Positions 1-13,200 of a DNA stretch of 64,000 nt are shown in pieces (within the stretch, counting starts at the first letter, position 1; every line of letters begins with the position of its first letter). Source of the stretch: Octopus vulgaris (lineage: Eukaryota); assembly GCA_951406725.2 (NCBI GenBank), contig OX597830.1, positions 67,642,001 through 67,706,000 on the forward strand. The letters run 5' to 3'. Made by a program: the position numbers and the translations under genes. The notes under the pieces were generated by a model. The model had not been told where the DNA came from and made no database searches. It worked only from the letters and a program-made list of their open reading frames with translations.

Positions 1-250
1 ATACTTGCTGCATCCCTTTCAAGTCTTCATGCGTCATCTGCATTTAGGGCCCATGTCTCACTATTCTGTTGTACTGATCTTTGTACACTAGCATCATACA
101 ATCTTCCTTTCACTCAGTGAGAAAGCCTCCTTTGTTTGCCAACAGAGGTAAAAGCTCTCTGAACTTTTTTACCATTCTATTCTTATTCTAGCAATTACAC
201 TTTCAGAACTTCCTCCTCCACTGCTAATTAGGCCATACAGGTAACAAAAA
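1..250 (-). mobile_element. RTE-clade LINE fragment
   Basis: SSGGGSSESVIARIRIEW, same family as the copies at 8.1-9.8 kb and 18.4-19.9 kb. Confidence 0.8.
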
Positions 251-313
251 TCATCTGCAAACTCTTCAACAACAATAACAACAATTATTAATTGATAAAA
301 ATGAAAAACAAAC

Positions 314-393
314 CCCAAATCCATAAATTCCTTTAGTTTTCCAAATCCTCTTTCATAAGCATATGCCATAATATCTGCTGCTTGACCAGTTCC
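314..393 (-). CDS. TRPM: TRPM exon ([26 protein letters not shown])
   Basis: ttatcag acceptor; G-x-G-x-AAD motif of TRPM; likely donor gtttgt at 313 (donor less certain). Confidence 0.85.
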
Positions 394-3300
394 CTGATAA
401 TTAAAAGAAGAAATTTAAAGTGTTTCTATTAATTAATCTAAGAACAAAGAAGTATTTTGAAAAAAATCCTTTAAAATACACTGCTGAATGCCATAATGTC
501 ACCCTGTTGTTAGAGTCACTATACATGAGGAATTTCATGTAAACTTAGCCATAAAACATCCAGGCATGATATACAGAGGCATTATTAGAACTAGACTTTG
601 GAGACAATAGTAAAGTAGATAGAGTCAACTGCTGTTCTTGTATGAGACTGAACCAAATTGTTCTGGTACCAATTCCTTAGAGTTGAGTTGTGACAATTTA
701 AAATAAAGACATCGGCAAAGAAACAGAATAGTGGATTTGAACTCTTAATCCTCTGGTTCATCTGTGCACCTGGATAATTTGATTGAAACAGAGAAATGGA
801 TAGATAGATTGATTTCTTCCACTGTTCTATCTATTTCTAGCTACGAACAGAAGTTGACAGCAATCCTTCTTGGAGTGTGACAATTACTGTGCTTCTGTAC
901 TTGTCTCTATCGATTTGTTTCTCAGCACAGAGCTTGAGATTAAATAAGCTAATGTGTTTGAGGGTTTTAGCTTCATTGAATAGATAACAGCAAAGATTGA
1001 GTGGAGTTTTAATAAACTCTGCCTATGCATATTCAGGTGGAATTTTCATTTCAAACATTTTGGTTTTATTGTATAGGCTGTTGTTGCTGCTTAAATCAAC
1101 ATTAGCCTTGATCAAGTTGACTTTTGATCAAAGGGCATTCAAGCCATGATCATCTCATTCTTTAGCATATTAACAACTATAACATCTAATGTGTCCTTTC
1201 ATTTTGTTAGCTGCTCATGGTGGGTTGCTGCTGCTGATGTCCATTGTCTTTGTGTTGTGACAGTGTTATGGTCTGCCTTTGGTTTTGCTACTGTCTGCTG
1301 AGTGCTGTGTCCAGTTTATTGTCTACCATTTGTCTGTAGTGGCTAAAATGCAATGAATGTATAACTATGGTCTTGGTCAGAAAATGTGCGCTAAAAATAA
1401 AATTGTGGTTAGACCTGATTCCACACAAAGCTTTGAATGGTCAGTATTTTAGTAAATCACTATCATATTCTTGAGTTGTTTCTTTATACCAGACATAATG
1501 ATCCATGTTTGATTTCCAAGTTTTGAAGATGCTAAACATCTCCTGCAACAATTTTATTATGAAAATGGTTTATATATCTTTGAAAATGGTTTATATATAG
1601 TTTGTAAGAATGAGAAATGGACTATTTTGTGATCTTTGTAGATTGTCAAGAGATTAGGGGTTCAGATAGGGCTAATATGATGTAGGATGGATCTTTGTGT
1701 TGGTCAAATTATAGTACCTTTCACTGTTTATAGTTTGCTCCAACTTAACTCTTGCCTTCTTTTAGGATGTCTTGTAAATGTAGTGAAGGTATTGTTGGTA
1801 GTTTTTAGTAGGAAGGACAAGTTCTTTGTTTCCTTTAAAACAGAAGCTATTAGAGTTCTTTGATTACTTCATGTCTTTCAACATGTTAGAACTACAGTGT
1901 CTATGATAACATTTTCCCTTAAGTCGTTAATATCAAGAAAATAAATTATTATTCATGGTTCAATTCAGAGACAGATTTTTTAAAGAACATTTGTTATAAA
2001 ATATTCAGAATTAAATACACATAAAATCATTCATCCAATACAAATAGTCATAAGAAAACCAGAAAACCAACAACCAGGTAAATCATTAAATAAAATATTG
2101 ATATAAAATTCTGCACCAACGAAATACTCATAGAGTCCTTCCTTTTAGGTTTCCTAACTATAGACTTCATCTGATATGCAATCATTAAAGACTGAATGAA
2201 CATCTAATAATCTTATCCAAAGAATAGTCTATTTACTGACCTTTACTATTACAACTGGGATGTTGCGTGATATTGAGTCAGAGACTGACTTCAGAGTTTC
2301 CAGTTCACCTCCAACCAATACTACAACAGCTGGAACCTTGAATCCAGTCCCTAAAATTACAAGAGAAAATATAACATATATAAGATACAAAATATATTTG
2401 ATTAGTCCATAAACTATATCTGATTAAAAGTAAAACATTCCTGATGAATTCTTTTATTCTTTAATTTGTTTCAGTCATTTGACTGCAGCCATGCTGGAGC
2501 ACTATCTTAAATGGTTTTTAGTTGAAGAAATCAATCCCAGGACTTATTCTTTGTAAGCTTAGTACTTATTCTATCAGTGTCTTTACCAAACTACTAAGTT
2601 ATGGGGATATAAACACACCAGCATTGGTTGTCAAGTGATGGCAGGGGGACAAACACAGGCACATAAATATATACATACATATAAATATATATATATATTT
2701 ATATCTAACAGCACTTGAACATCTTCTTGGTGGGGCCAGAATATGAAGGTGTCATCAACATATCACAGCCATAGGGTTGGTTTTAGTGGTGTTGATCCTA
2801 AATGTTATATTCTAAAGGTGGATTGACAAGTAACATTACATTTCATAAGAAAAGCATAAAAGCTAATGTTTTCTGTTAAATAATACAAAAAACTCCTTTG
2901 GAACTGATTGGATGAAATTGTTTAATTTATGGGAGCATCCCATAAATCATCATCATCATCATCATCATCATCGTTTAACATCTATTTTCCATGCTAGTAT
3001 GGGTTGGACGGTTCGACCGGGGGTCTGGAAAGCCAGGAGGCTGCACTAGGCTCCAGTCTGATCTGGCAGTGTTTCTACAGCTGGATTCGCTTCACAATGC
3101 CAACCACTCCGAGAGTGTATTGAGTGCTTTTTATGTGCCATTGGCACAGGTACCAAGGCAGGCTGGCAGCGGCCATGATCGGTTGGTCCTTTTTATGTGC
3201 CACCGGCACAGAAGCCAGTCAAGGCAGCGCTGGCATCAGCCACATTCGGATGGTGCTTTTTACGTGCCACCGGCACAGGTATCACAATTACAATTTCCAT

Positions 3301-6300
3301 TTGATATTTTATTTTGACGGTTGATGTACTTGACTCAATAGGTCTCCTCAAGCACAGCAGGTTGCCCTACGATCCAAGGTAAGTGCAGCAGGCCATTCTG
3401 CGATCCAAGGTACTTTGGATGGGCTGGGGCTGCTATGTGAAACTGGTGCAGGAAACATGAACTCACGTTATTTGTCGCGTCTTTGCAATCACAGCATATC
3501 TCCAGAGATCTCAGTCTTCCGTCATTGCCTCTGTGAGGCCCAACGTCCGAAGGTCATGCTTGACCACCATATCCCATGTCTTCCTGGGTCTATCTCTACC
3601 CCAGATTCCTTCAACTGTTTGGGAGTGGTACTTCTTCACACATCTCTCCTCATCCATCCGTAGTACATGACCATACCCGCGCAAACGTCTCTCTTGCATG
3701 CCACATCCGATGCTTATGTACAGCATTTCTCTCAGGGCACTTACACTCAGTCGTATGTGCGCACTGACATTATACATCCAGCGGATCATGCTAGCTTCAT
3801 TTCTTTCAAGCCTACGCATGTCCTTTGCAGTCACAGCCCATGTTTCACTACCGTTAGGCATGGTAGTTCGCACACATGTGTCGTACAATCTAACTTTCAC
3901 TCTGAGCGAGAGAACCTTTGTCACCAGTAGGAGTAAAAGCCATACCAACATTTAAAGAAAAATGAACGGTACCATTCACAGTATTAGAGTTAGAGAGACT
4001 AGAGAAAATTGGAGTTTATCCAGAGAGCGGAATACTCTGAATGGGTATCTCCAACTGTGTACATTAAGAAAAAGAATAATAAAATCAGAGTGTGCCGATG
4101 TTTCTTTCACTGGAATTGAACCCTAAGCGCAAGAGATATTAAAACTCAGAGTGATGTTCAATTCTCAAGAGGGGAGAATATAGGGGAGATTGATTCTAAA
4201 ATGGGGTGATGTTGTGGAAGGATTCTAACTACCCCGAAGTAACTAAAGGTGGACTGACTCATTGTAATAAATTAAAGAACAGTGAGCGATTGGAAGTTCA
4301 AGTTGATAACTTGTTTGAGTTGAGTTGAAATTCTACCGTTGTGGATAGTCATCCTTTGTTGAGGGTCTTCCCTAGCGGGGTGCCTGTTGTTACTGATTGT
4401 TTGAATTGTTGTATTGTTTGCTTTTGTTTTTGTTTTTTCTCCCCTGGTGGGGGCAAAAATTGCAACAAGTAGTGGAGAAAGTGCAGGAGCGTGCTGGCAG
4501 CTGTGTTGCGGTGGTGGGCCGCGAAAGTGTTGCGGAAGCCGTCAAACAGTTGGAAGTTGAAGAGGTGGCTATGGACTTGGAGGCAATGGGGAACTGTGGA
4601 AATTTGTTAGAGAAAGAAGGGACAAGGTTGAGGCTGGTTTTGCCGTGGGTGGTGGGATGCAGAAGAGTTGAATTGCTGGGGAAGTGGCCTAGAGTTCGTA
4701 ATCCAGGCCACCGAGTGCGATCTCCAAGAAATGACAGAGGAGGTCAGGCTCCCAGACGATGTGAGGCTATGTGTGGTGGTGGAGGGAGGACCCCCACATA
4801 TTGTCACTGTGGGGAGAGTGGTCACATTGGGGTAAGCTTTTCCCTTCTCGATAGGCAAACATCAGCGGAGGTGGGACACAAGGGAGCCAGTAGCCGCGAG
4901 AAGCCGAAGGAAGATACAAAGGAGGTAGACACAGACAAAGACACAAAATAGGAAGAGGAAAGAAATCAAGAACTCCGCGCCCCCTAAAGATTCTAAAAAA
5001 GAGAGGAAAAGAGAACTGAGTGGTGCACAGACGTCCACAACGCAACTAACACACCAAACAGTTCAGAATCCCCCACTAAACATACACCCACATGTGGATA
5101 CAGTCCAGTAACCCCAACAAAAGCACTCACAGACACTCCGCATACACGAAAAAATTCAGACAGTACAGATTCACTAATCCATTACACACAAACAAGCACA
5201 CAAGGAACAAAAATGTTTAAAATAGCATATGTAACACATTAGTGGACACATGTAGCTATTGAAGGGAAAATATAGAAAATGAAGAGTTATTAGAATGAGA
5301 GAGGAAGAAAACATCAAAGTTCCAGGTATAGAATGTATTGATAGAAAAAAATTTATAAAGAATAATTGATAGAAAAAAAATTATAAAAAATTAAAAGCCA
5401 ATTTTGGTAATGAAATAAACACATTGGAGATGGAAGTAAAATATCAGGAACGTTTGCCACCTGTGGTGGATTTTAAAATACTAAAGCTGTATCATTACTA
5501 TTCAGTAAAATATTTCGTTTTTGGATTTGGTTTGCAAGATACTTTATATGAGTTCGTGTGTTGAAGCATATTCTGTTGTGTCTGGGGAGAGTCATTTTCT
5601 TGTTGTGCCTTATTATGTAACACACTCACTGGTAAAATTTCCACTTATTTCTTATTTTTATTTTCTTAAATTTTTTGTTGCGTCTTGCAACCTTTTCAAT
5701 AGTCTTGAGAGTCTATTGTTGCAAGACGCAACAAAAATTTTAAGAAAATAAAAATAAGAAATAAGTGGAAATTTTATCGGTGAGTGTGTTACATAATAAG
5801 GCACAAAAAGAAAATGACTCTCCCCAGACAACAGAATATTCAGTAAAAGTTGGATAAAAAAAAACAGATTTCAATGATACTACTCAGAAGTGGGCTCAGG
5901 TAGTAGCTATTACATCTTCATTATATTATTTCATATCATTCATCCGTTTATGTTTTTGTCCCCACTTGTGCTGCCTTGTCTGCCTTTGTTCGTCCCTCTC
6001 TGTGTATGCTTTTTATAGACAAATAAAGAGAAAAGTTTCTGTTGGTAAGCAGGTCACTGTTAGCCATGACAGAGCACTGAGTCTCGCATAAGAGTAATAG
6101 TAATGTGTCGTGTATAGACTTTCTTTCCACTGCTTCGTTATATTATATGTCCAATAGAATGATATGAAAATATTAAATTTATTTACAATAGACTATAACC
6201 TATAAAAGACTGGTTCCCAATTAAAAATAAATATTTAAAATGTTGTATGCATAAAATTAACAAGGTATTCTGAATATTTCGTTTAAGCCAGCAAGTTGGT

Positions 6301-6872
6301 AGAAACTTTAGCATGCTGAGCAAAGTGCTTATTTGTATTTCATCTGTCGTTACATCCTGAGTTCAAATTCTGCCGAGGTTGACTTTGCCTTTCATCCTTT
6401 CGGAGTCAAAAAATTAAGTACCAGTTGCATACTGAGGTTGATATAATTGACTGCCCCACCACTCCCCAACAATTTCGGGCCTTGTGCCTAGAGTAGAAAA
6501 GAATATTTCGTTTCAGCTCTGCATGTTATGTTAAGATTTTTCTGTAATAACAACCTACCTGGGATATTTAAATCAGTGATAGTATTTTCAAACATTTTTC
6601 TGAACTCCATTTCTACTCCAGAAGTTTCTTGGGTGCCATTATCAACAAGGATAAAATGTGAATGATTAGGATCCAAAGCAGATGTTGAGTCAGTGTCATC
6701 TTTTATCTCATACTTTGCAGGCCACGATCCCTAGAAACCAAATTAATATCTTAGTTGTTACATATATTATGAACATCATTTTCATCTAAGTATAATATGT
6801 GATGTATTTGTTCTGACACAAAAAATATGCAGCAAAGAGGAAGGAGGGAAAGAGAGACAAAGAGAGAGGGGC

Positions 6873-6906
<34 letters not shown>

Positions 6907-9900
6907 CAGTATACGGTTGCACTGGTAGAAGGGGAAAACTGTGAAATTTGGTTTGATGTTACTTGCACATTTCTCTTTGTGTTCATTTAGAGGAATTTGT
7001 ATTCTGGGAACTGGATCTGCTCTTTATGTAGAATGGTTATGGTCTCACTTGGTTTGCCGGGTTTTCTCAAGCACAGCATATCTCCAAACGTCTTGGTCAC
7101 TAGTCATTGCCTCGGTCATCATACAATCTGTTCTTCACTGTAACGGAAAGTTCCTATTACCAACAAAGTAGTTCTCTGAACTTTGTCCATAGCATTTTTA
7201 TTCAAGTAGCTACACTCTCAGAGTTTCTTCCTTTACTGCTAACTTGGTCACCTATCTATTACTTCTAAGGACTCCACCAGACATCTGAGGAAATCTATTC
7301 TCTGTGTATTCTTGTTGCTTAATATACCTGCAAATCTACCACATATAAAGACTAGCTTCTCTGTTAGCTTTCTGTGATACCGCTGCTCCTGTTATGTGAC
7401 CATATCTTGCACTCAGTATACCACATGAAGTTCTATCAGCATCTTTTCTATGCATCAAAACGTTCAGATAGTAATTCAGCTGTAGGGACAAGTTTAAAGG
7501 AGTTTCCAAATTTTCCGGTTATGGCCTGGAGGACTATGATAAACAAGAGGGCACCAAAAACTTATCATTGGTGAACTCCTACCTGTACACTAACTTTCAT
7601 CCTATGCTCATTGCCAACATTAACTTTATTGAAAGCATCCCTGTACATGACTGCCACAGCACTCACTAACCACTCATCTACCCCTAGCTCCTGTACTGAC
7701 CACCAGATGTGGGCACAAAGGATCCTGTCAAAGCTATGGAAATTATATGGGTCTTTTCGTGATTCGTTGATGTAATCTAATGTTTAAACACTTCAATTAA
7801 TATCAGAATTAAAAAAGAAAATTATAATGTTATAAATCAATTCTTAATATTAATATAGGGAAAAAAAAAAAAGATTGAATAGAAATTTACTTTATTCACT
7901 AGGGATTCCTTGTTTTGTACACAGTTCCATGGTGCAATACCAATTGTTACAATTTTATTCTTGACATCATCATTTATAGTTTTCCCAATATGTTTTTCAA
8001 TTCCAGTATGTAAACCTGTACTTATGATCCAGGCACCTGCAAGACAAGACATCAAGGATTATATTCAAATATTGATTTCTTATTCTAAAATGACAGATAT
8101 TTGGACAAAGTATCTTCTGGCCACCACCACCACCACCATCATCATCATTTAACATCTGCTTTCGATGCTGGCATAGGTTGGGCACTGATCTGGCAAGGTT
8201 TCTACGGCTGGATACCCTTCCTAATGCCAACCACTCTGAGAGTGTAGTGGGTGCTTTTTACATGCCACTGGCAAGGGGGCCATGCGGCACTGGCATTGAC
8301 AACACTCAAAGTACTTTTTATGTGCCACTGGCACAGGAGCCAGTCAGGCAACACTAGCATTGACCATGCTCAAATGGTGTTTTTACGTGCAATCAGCAGG
8401 CGGCACTGGCATCAGCCACGACTATAATTTCACTTGACCCAACAGGTATTCTGAAGCACAGTATATTGTCTGACGATTGGAGGGTACTTTTAATGAGACC
8501 GGTTATGCGACACTGTCATTGACCATGGGTACAATCACACTTTGACTTGCCGGTCCTTCTCAATCACAGCATATCTCTAAAAGTCTCGGTCGCTTGTCAT
8601 TGCCTCGGTGAGACCCAATGTTCAAAGGTCATGCTTCACCACTTCAGCTCATGTCTTCCTGGGTTTACCTTTTCCACAGGTTCCTTCCACTGTTAGGGTA
8701 TGACACTCCTTCACACAGTTGTCCTTGTCCATACACAACACATGACCATACCAGAGCAGTCGCCACTCTTGCACAGCATATCTGATGCTTCTTATATCTA
8801 AATTTTCTCTCAGGGCACTTACACTGTGTCATATATGCACACTGATATTACACATCGAAGCGAAGCATACTAGCTTCATTTCTTTAAAGCCTACGCATGT
8901 CCGCTGAAGTAACAGCCCATGTTTCACTGCCATGTAGCATAGCTGTTTGACACATACATCATACAGTCTACCTTTCACTCTAAGTGAGAGTTCCTTTGTT
9001 GCCAGCAGAGGTAGGGGCTCACTGAAATTTTCCCAAGCTATTCTTATTCTAGCAGCTACGCTCTCAGAGCATCCATCCCAGCTACTGACTTGGTTACCGA
9101 GGTAACAGAAGCTATCAACTACTACTTTTTCCCTCTGGCATATGATGGAATCTGTGTTTTTGTACATCTTTGGTGTTAATGCCCTTGTGCATCTGCCTCA
9201 CAGCAAAAACTATTTTCCCAGTTAACCTTCCTTTGATATTGTTTCACTGCTTATGCATCCACAGCTTACACTGGGTATATCTTATGGAGTTCCTACCAAT
9301 GCCTTTTCTACAGATTGAGCAGGGCCATCTACTTGAATGGGTTTGTGATTTGTCTGCTTTTCTACTTACTAAGACTTTGGTTTTTGCTTGACTGACTCTA
9401 AGGACCTTTGATTCTAGACCTTGCTTCTGCAACTGGAACTTTTCTTCTAGTTCTGGTAGTGTCTCAGCTATTAGAGCAAGGTCATCAGCATAGAGGAGCT
9501 CCCAGGGGCAGCTTGTCTTGAATTCTTCTGTCATTGCTTGGTGGACTATGATGAATAAGAGGGGGCTGAGAACTGGTCCTTGGTGAATCCCTACTTCTAC
9601 AAGGAATTCTTCACTATACTTGTTGCCAACCCTCACCTTGCCAACAGCATCCCTGTACAGGGTTTGAACAACTCTCACTAATCACTCGTCTATCCCTAGT
9701 TTACACATTGACCATCAGATAACTGATCAGGAAACCTGTCTAGGGCTTTCTCAATGTCAACTGGAGTCCTGGAATCAACCCAGGCTCAAGTCTAGTAATG
9801 TTCTGGAATAATACATAAATGTCACTCTTTCCATTTCCCAAGACCTCAGATAACCTTTACATGGTCATTTGACCTTTAAAAAATAGCAGTTATATCTCCT

Positions 9901-10234
9901 CTTTTTTTCCCTTACCATCTTTGAAAAAGGGAGAACATATTGGATAAAGTAGTCTAACAAGCACTTTCTAAGAAATTTAAACGTAAAGTATGAATGAGAG
10001 CAACTAGCGTCCACACGTTGATGGAATATCTTAAAAACTGATGATGTCATTCCATCAATGTGTAGACGCTGGTTGATCTCATTCATACTTTACGTTTAAA
10101 TTTCTGTAATTTTGAATTTTTATCACTTCTTATTTTGAACTTGACACAGACAGACATACTGTTGAAATATCGTTCAACTAATAAAATATCTTACAATCAA
10201 ATCGCACTCTTCGTCTTGACTATTATCATTATTA

Positions 10235-10291
<57 letters not shown>

Positions 10292-13200
10292 CGGTGAGCT
10301 GGCAGAGTCGTTTGCACACTGAGTATCTCAACAGGTATGATACAGCTGCACAATATATTCACTGGGTAATTTGCAAAAACCTTGACTTGCCCCATTATAA
10401 AAACTGGTGGGAACACAAACCACCTCCAGTGCTTGAAAATGATCACATCTCACTCCCCTGGAACTTCACCATTCAAACTGACGGAAAGATAGATTCAAAT
10501 AGGCCAGAACATCACATTGAAAGACTTCAGACAAAAACTGAGCAAGTATAAAGATCTTGAAATTGAAATTAGAAAAATGTGGAACCTGAAGACTAAAACA
10601 AAACCTGTTGTCATAGGTGCCCTAGGAATGATAGCAAAAGGCGTTGATTACTACCTAGCTCAGATACCAGGAAACCCGAAAATGGCAGAAATTCAAAAGA
10701 GAGTGCTCATGGGAACTGCCCATATCCTATGCAAAATACTTTCTATGTAATCTCAAATTTTAAAACAAACACATAATTTTCTTATGTTTTCTTAAACATT
10801 CTCTAGAACAACACTATGAACAAGACCAAATATATGGCACCCTAGGCATAACACCAACATGAACTTCTAACTTGTTGTCTCTTGAGGTCTCTGGGTGAGA
10901 CTTGGATCCAACTTGTACAAATACAAAGCAAAAGTCAAACATGTAATAATAATAATAATAGGAGTGACAAAAGAAAATATCCATGGTGGAAAAAAAGAAT
11001 ACAGGCGGGGTTAGATAAGCTCTCGAAGGACATTTCTATGTTAGACTGAAAAGAAAAGGAGCCACTTAAAAGTGAACAAAAATACAGGGTACTGAACAGG
11101 AAGTATTATTGAAAGAAAGGGCCTAGAAGTGGAAATGGAGGAACTGAAACAGCGTCACATTGCAAAGAAAGCAAAAATGGTAAAATAGGACCAAAAAATG
11201 AAAGGATGCCAGCAGAATAGGTTATTCAGCGTAGATCAGAAGAGATTCTACAAAGAAATAAATGGAGAGTGTACAGATGAAAAGTTGATACCAGATAACA
11301 TTGAAAGTCAAAGATTTTGGAGTGACATTTGGAGCAAAGACAAGGAGCACAAGAAGGATGCTGAACGGTTGCAAGAACTGAAACAAATAGTAGTCTGTCC
11401 AAAACATGCAGAACTAGGCATTTCATTTAGAGAAGTGAAGGAAATCAGCAAAAACATGGGCAACTGGAAGGCCCCAGGAACAGATGGAGTTCAAGGCTAC
11501 TGGATCAAAAGATTTGGTAAATGTCATGCACGAACAGCTGCACAAATCAACACCTTGTTAAATTATTACCTAGTAATACCTAGTAATACCTAGTAATACC
11601 AGAGTGGTTGACAATGGGTAGGACAGTGCTGTGCTTGAAAAACATTGAAAAAGGCCATACAGTAGACACTTACAGGCCAGGATATCCTGCTTGCCACTTA
11701 TGTGGAAATTATTGACTGTAATTGTCACAGAGTCAATGTATGGACATCTGGAAAAAATGGAGTCCTGCCACATGAGCAGAAGGGGTGCAAGCATAAGTAC
11801 AGAGGTACCAAGGATCAATTCCCAGTAGACAAAATTGTACTTAGAGACTGCAAGAGGAGGAAAACTAACTTAACTCTGGCATGGATCAATTATCAATTTG
11901 TTACTCATAGATGACCTCAAATTTTATGGTAAAGAGGAATCCTAAGTCAGTTCCCTCGTTGATACTTTTAGTGCTGATATCAGAATGGAGTTCGGATTGA
12001 AAAAGTGTGTTGTGTTAGTCTTGAAGACAGGAAAAATCAAATGTATGCATGAACTAGCAATACCGTTGGTTAATGTTATGAATCAGATAAAAGAGACGGG
12101 CTATAAGTATTTGGGGATATTGGAAATGGATAAATTGATAGAGAAAGAAATGACAGAACAATTTAAGGTGGAGTACTTGTGCAAATTGAGACTAATCCTT
12201 AAGTTGAAATTAAATGGACGGAATAAAATTGAAGCTATCAACATCTGGGTGGTTTCATTCGTTAGATATGGAGCAGGGATAATCGCATGGACAGTAGACG
12301 AACTAAACAGCATAGACAGAAAGACAAGGAAGTTGCTGACTAGATATAGGACATTCTACCATAAAAGTGGCACGAACTGTATGTACCAAGAAAAAGGGGG
12401 AAAGAGGATTGTTTGGATGCAAACACAGCATTAGAGCAGAAGAAAACAACATAGCATGGTATGTAAAAAATACCACTGAACCACTATTATCAGAAGTGAG
12501 AAGGCCAGGCTTGTGTAGGGTGGAAGATTGTAAAGTTAAAGCACTGTACAAGGACTTGAGAATAAATGAAACTGAAAATAGGTGAATAAAGAAAAGAATG
12601 CATAGATGTTGAAAATAAGTCAGAGTAAAAAAGATATCTATGGATGACTAAAAGTGATTTAAACCTGAAATGGAGGCTATGCTGCCCAAGGGCAAGCATT
12701 AAGAATCAATTACATCAAACAGAGAATAGACAACACATCAGAAAATGATAAGTGTAGAATTTGTGGACAAAATGGTGAAGCCATATGGAATATTACCAGT
12801 CAATGTATGCCACTAGCCCAGAAAAAATATAAGAGGTGTCATGACAATATTGCAAAGTATAGACTTGACAGAGCAAAAAAGTGGTACGAACATAAACCCG
12901 AAGGCATCATCGAAAATGTTAATGCAAAGATCCTATGGGATTTTATGATTCAGTGCGACCATCAGACAGAGAATAGGAAACCAGACATAGTGTTAATTGA
13001 GAAAGAAAGCAAACGATGCTGGATCATAGATATAGCATACCCAACTGATAACAAGGTATGCGATAAAGAAAAAAGAAAAGTCGATAGATATGAGATTAAC
13101 TTGGGAGGTTAAGCAGTTGTGGTCACTGAAAAAAATGTGGCAGTAGTATCATTAATTGTCAGAGCCCCAGGAACAGTGAGTAAAAATCTTGAGAAGTATA

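Noticed and set aside
169-369. 66-aa ORF as a standalone gene
   Set aside because: Chimera of a TRPM exon, intron read-through and an RTE fragment
430-1900. Possible very old LINE fragments (also 28870-29540)
   Set aside because: Too decayed to assign family or boundaries by eye
6285-6400. tRNA gene
   Set aside because: Only box-like remnants at the head of a multi-copy SINE; no cloverleaf
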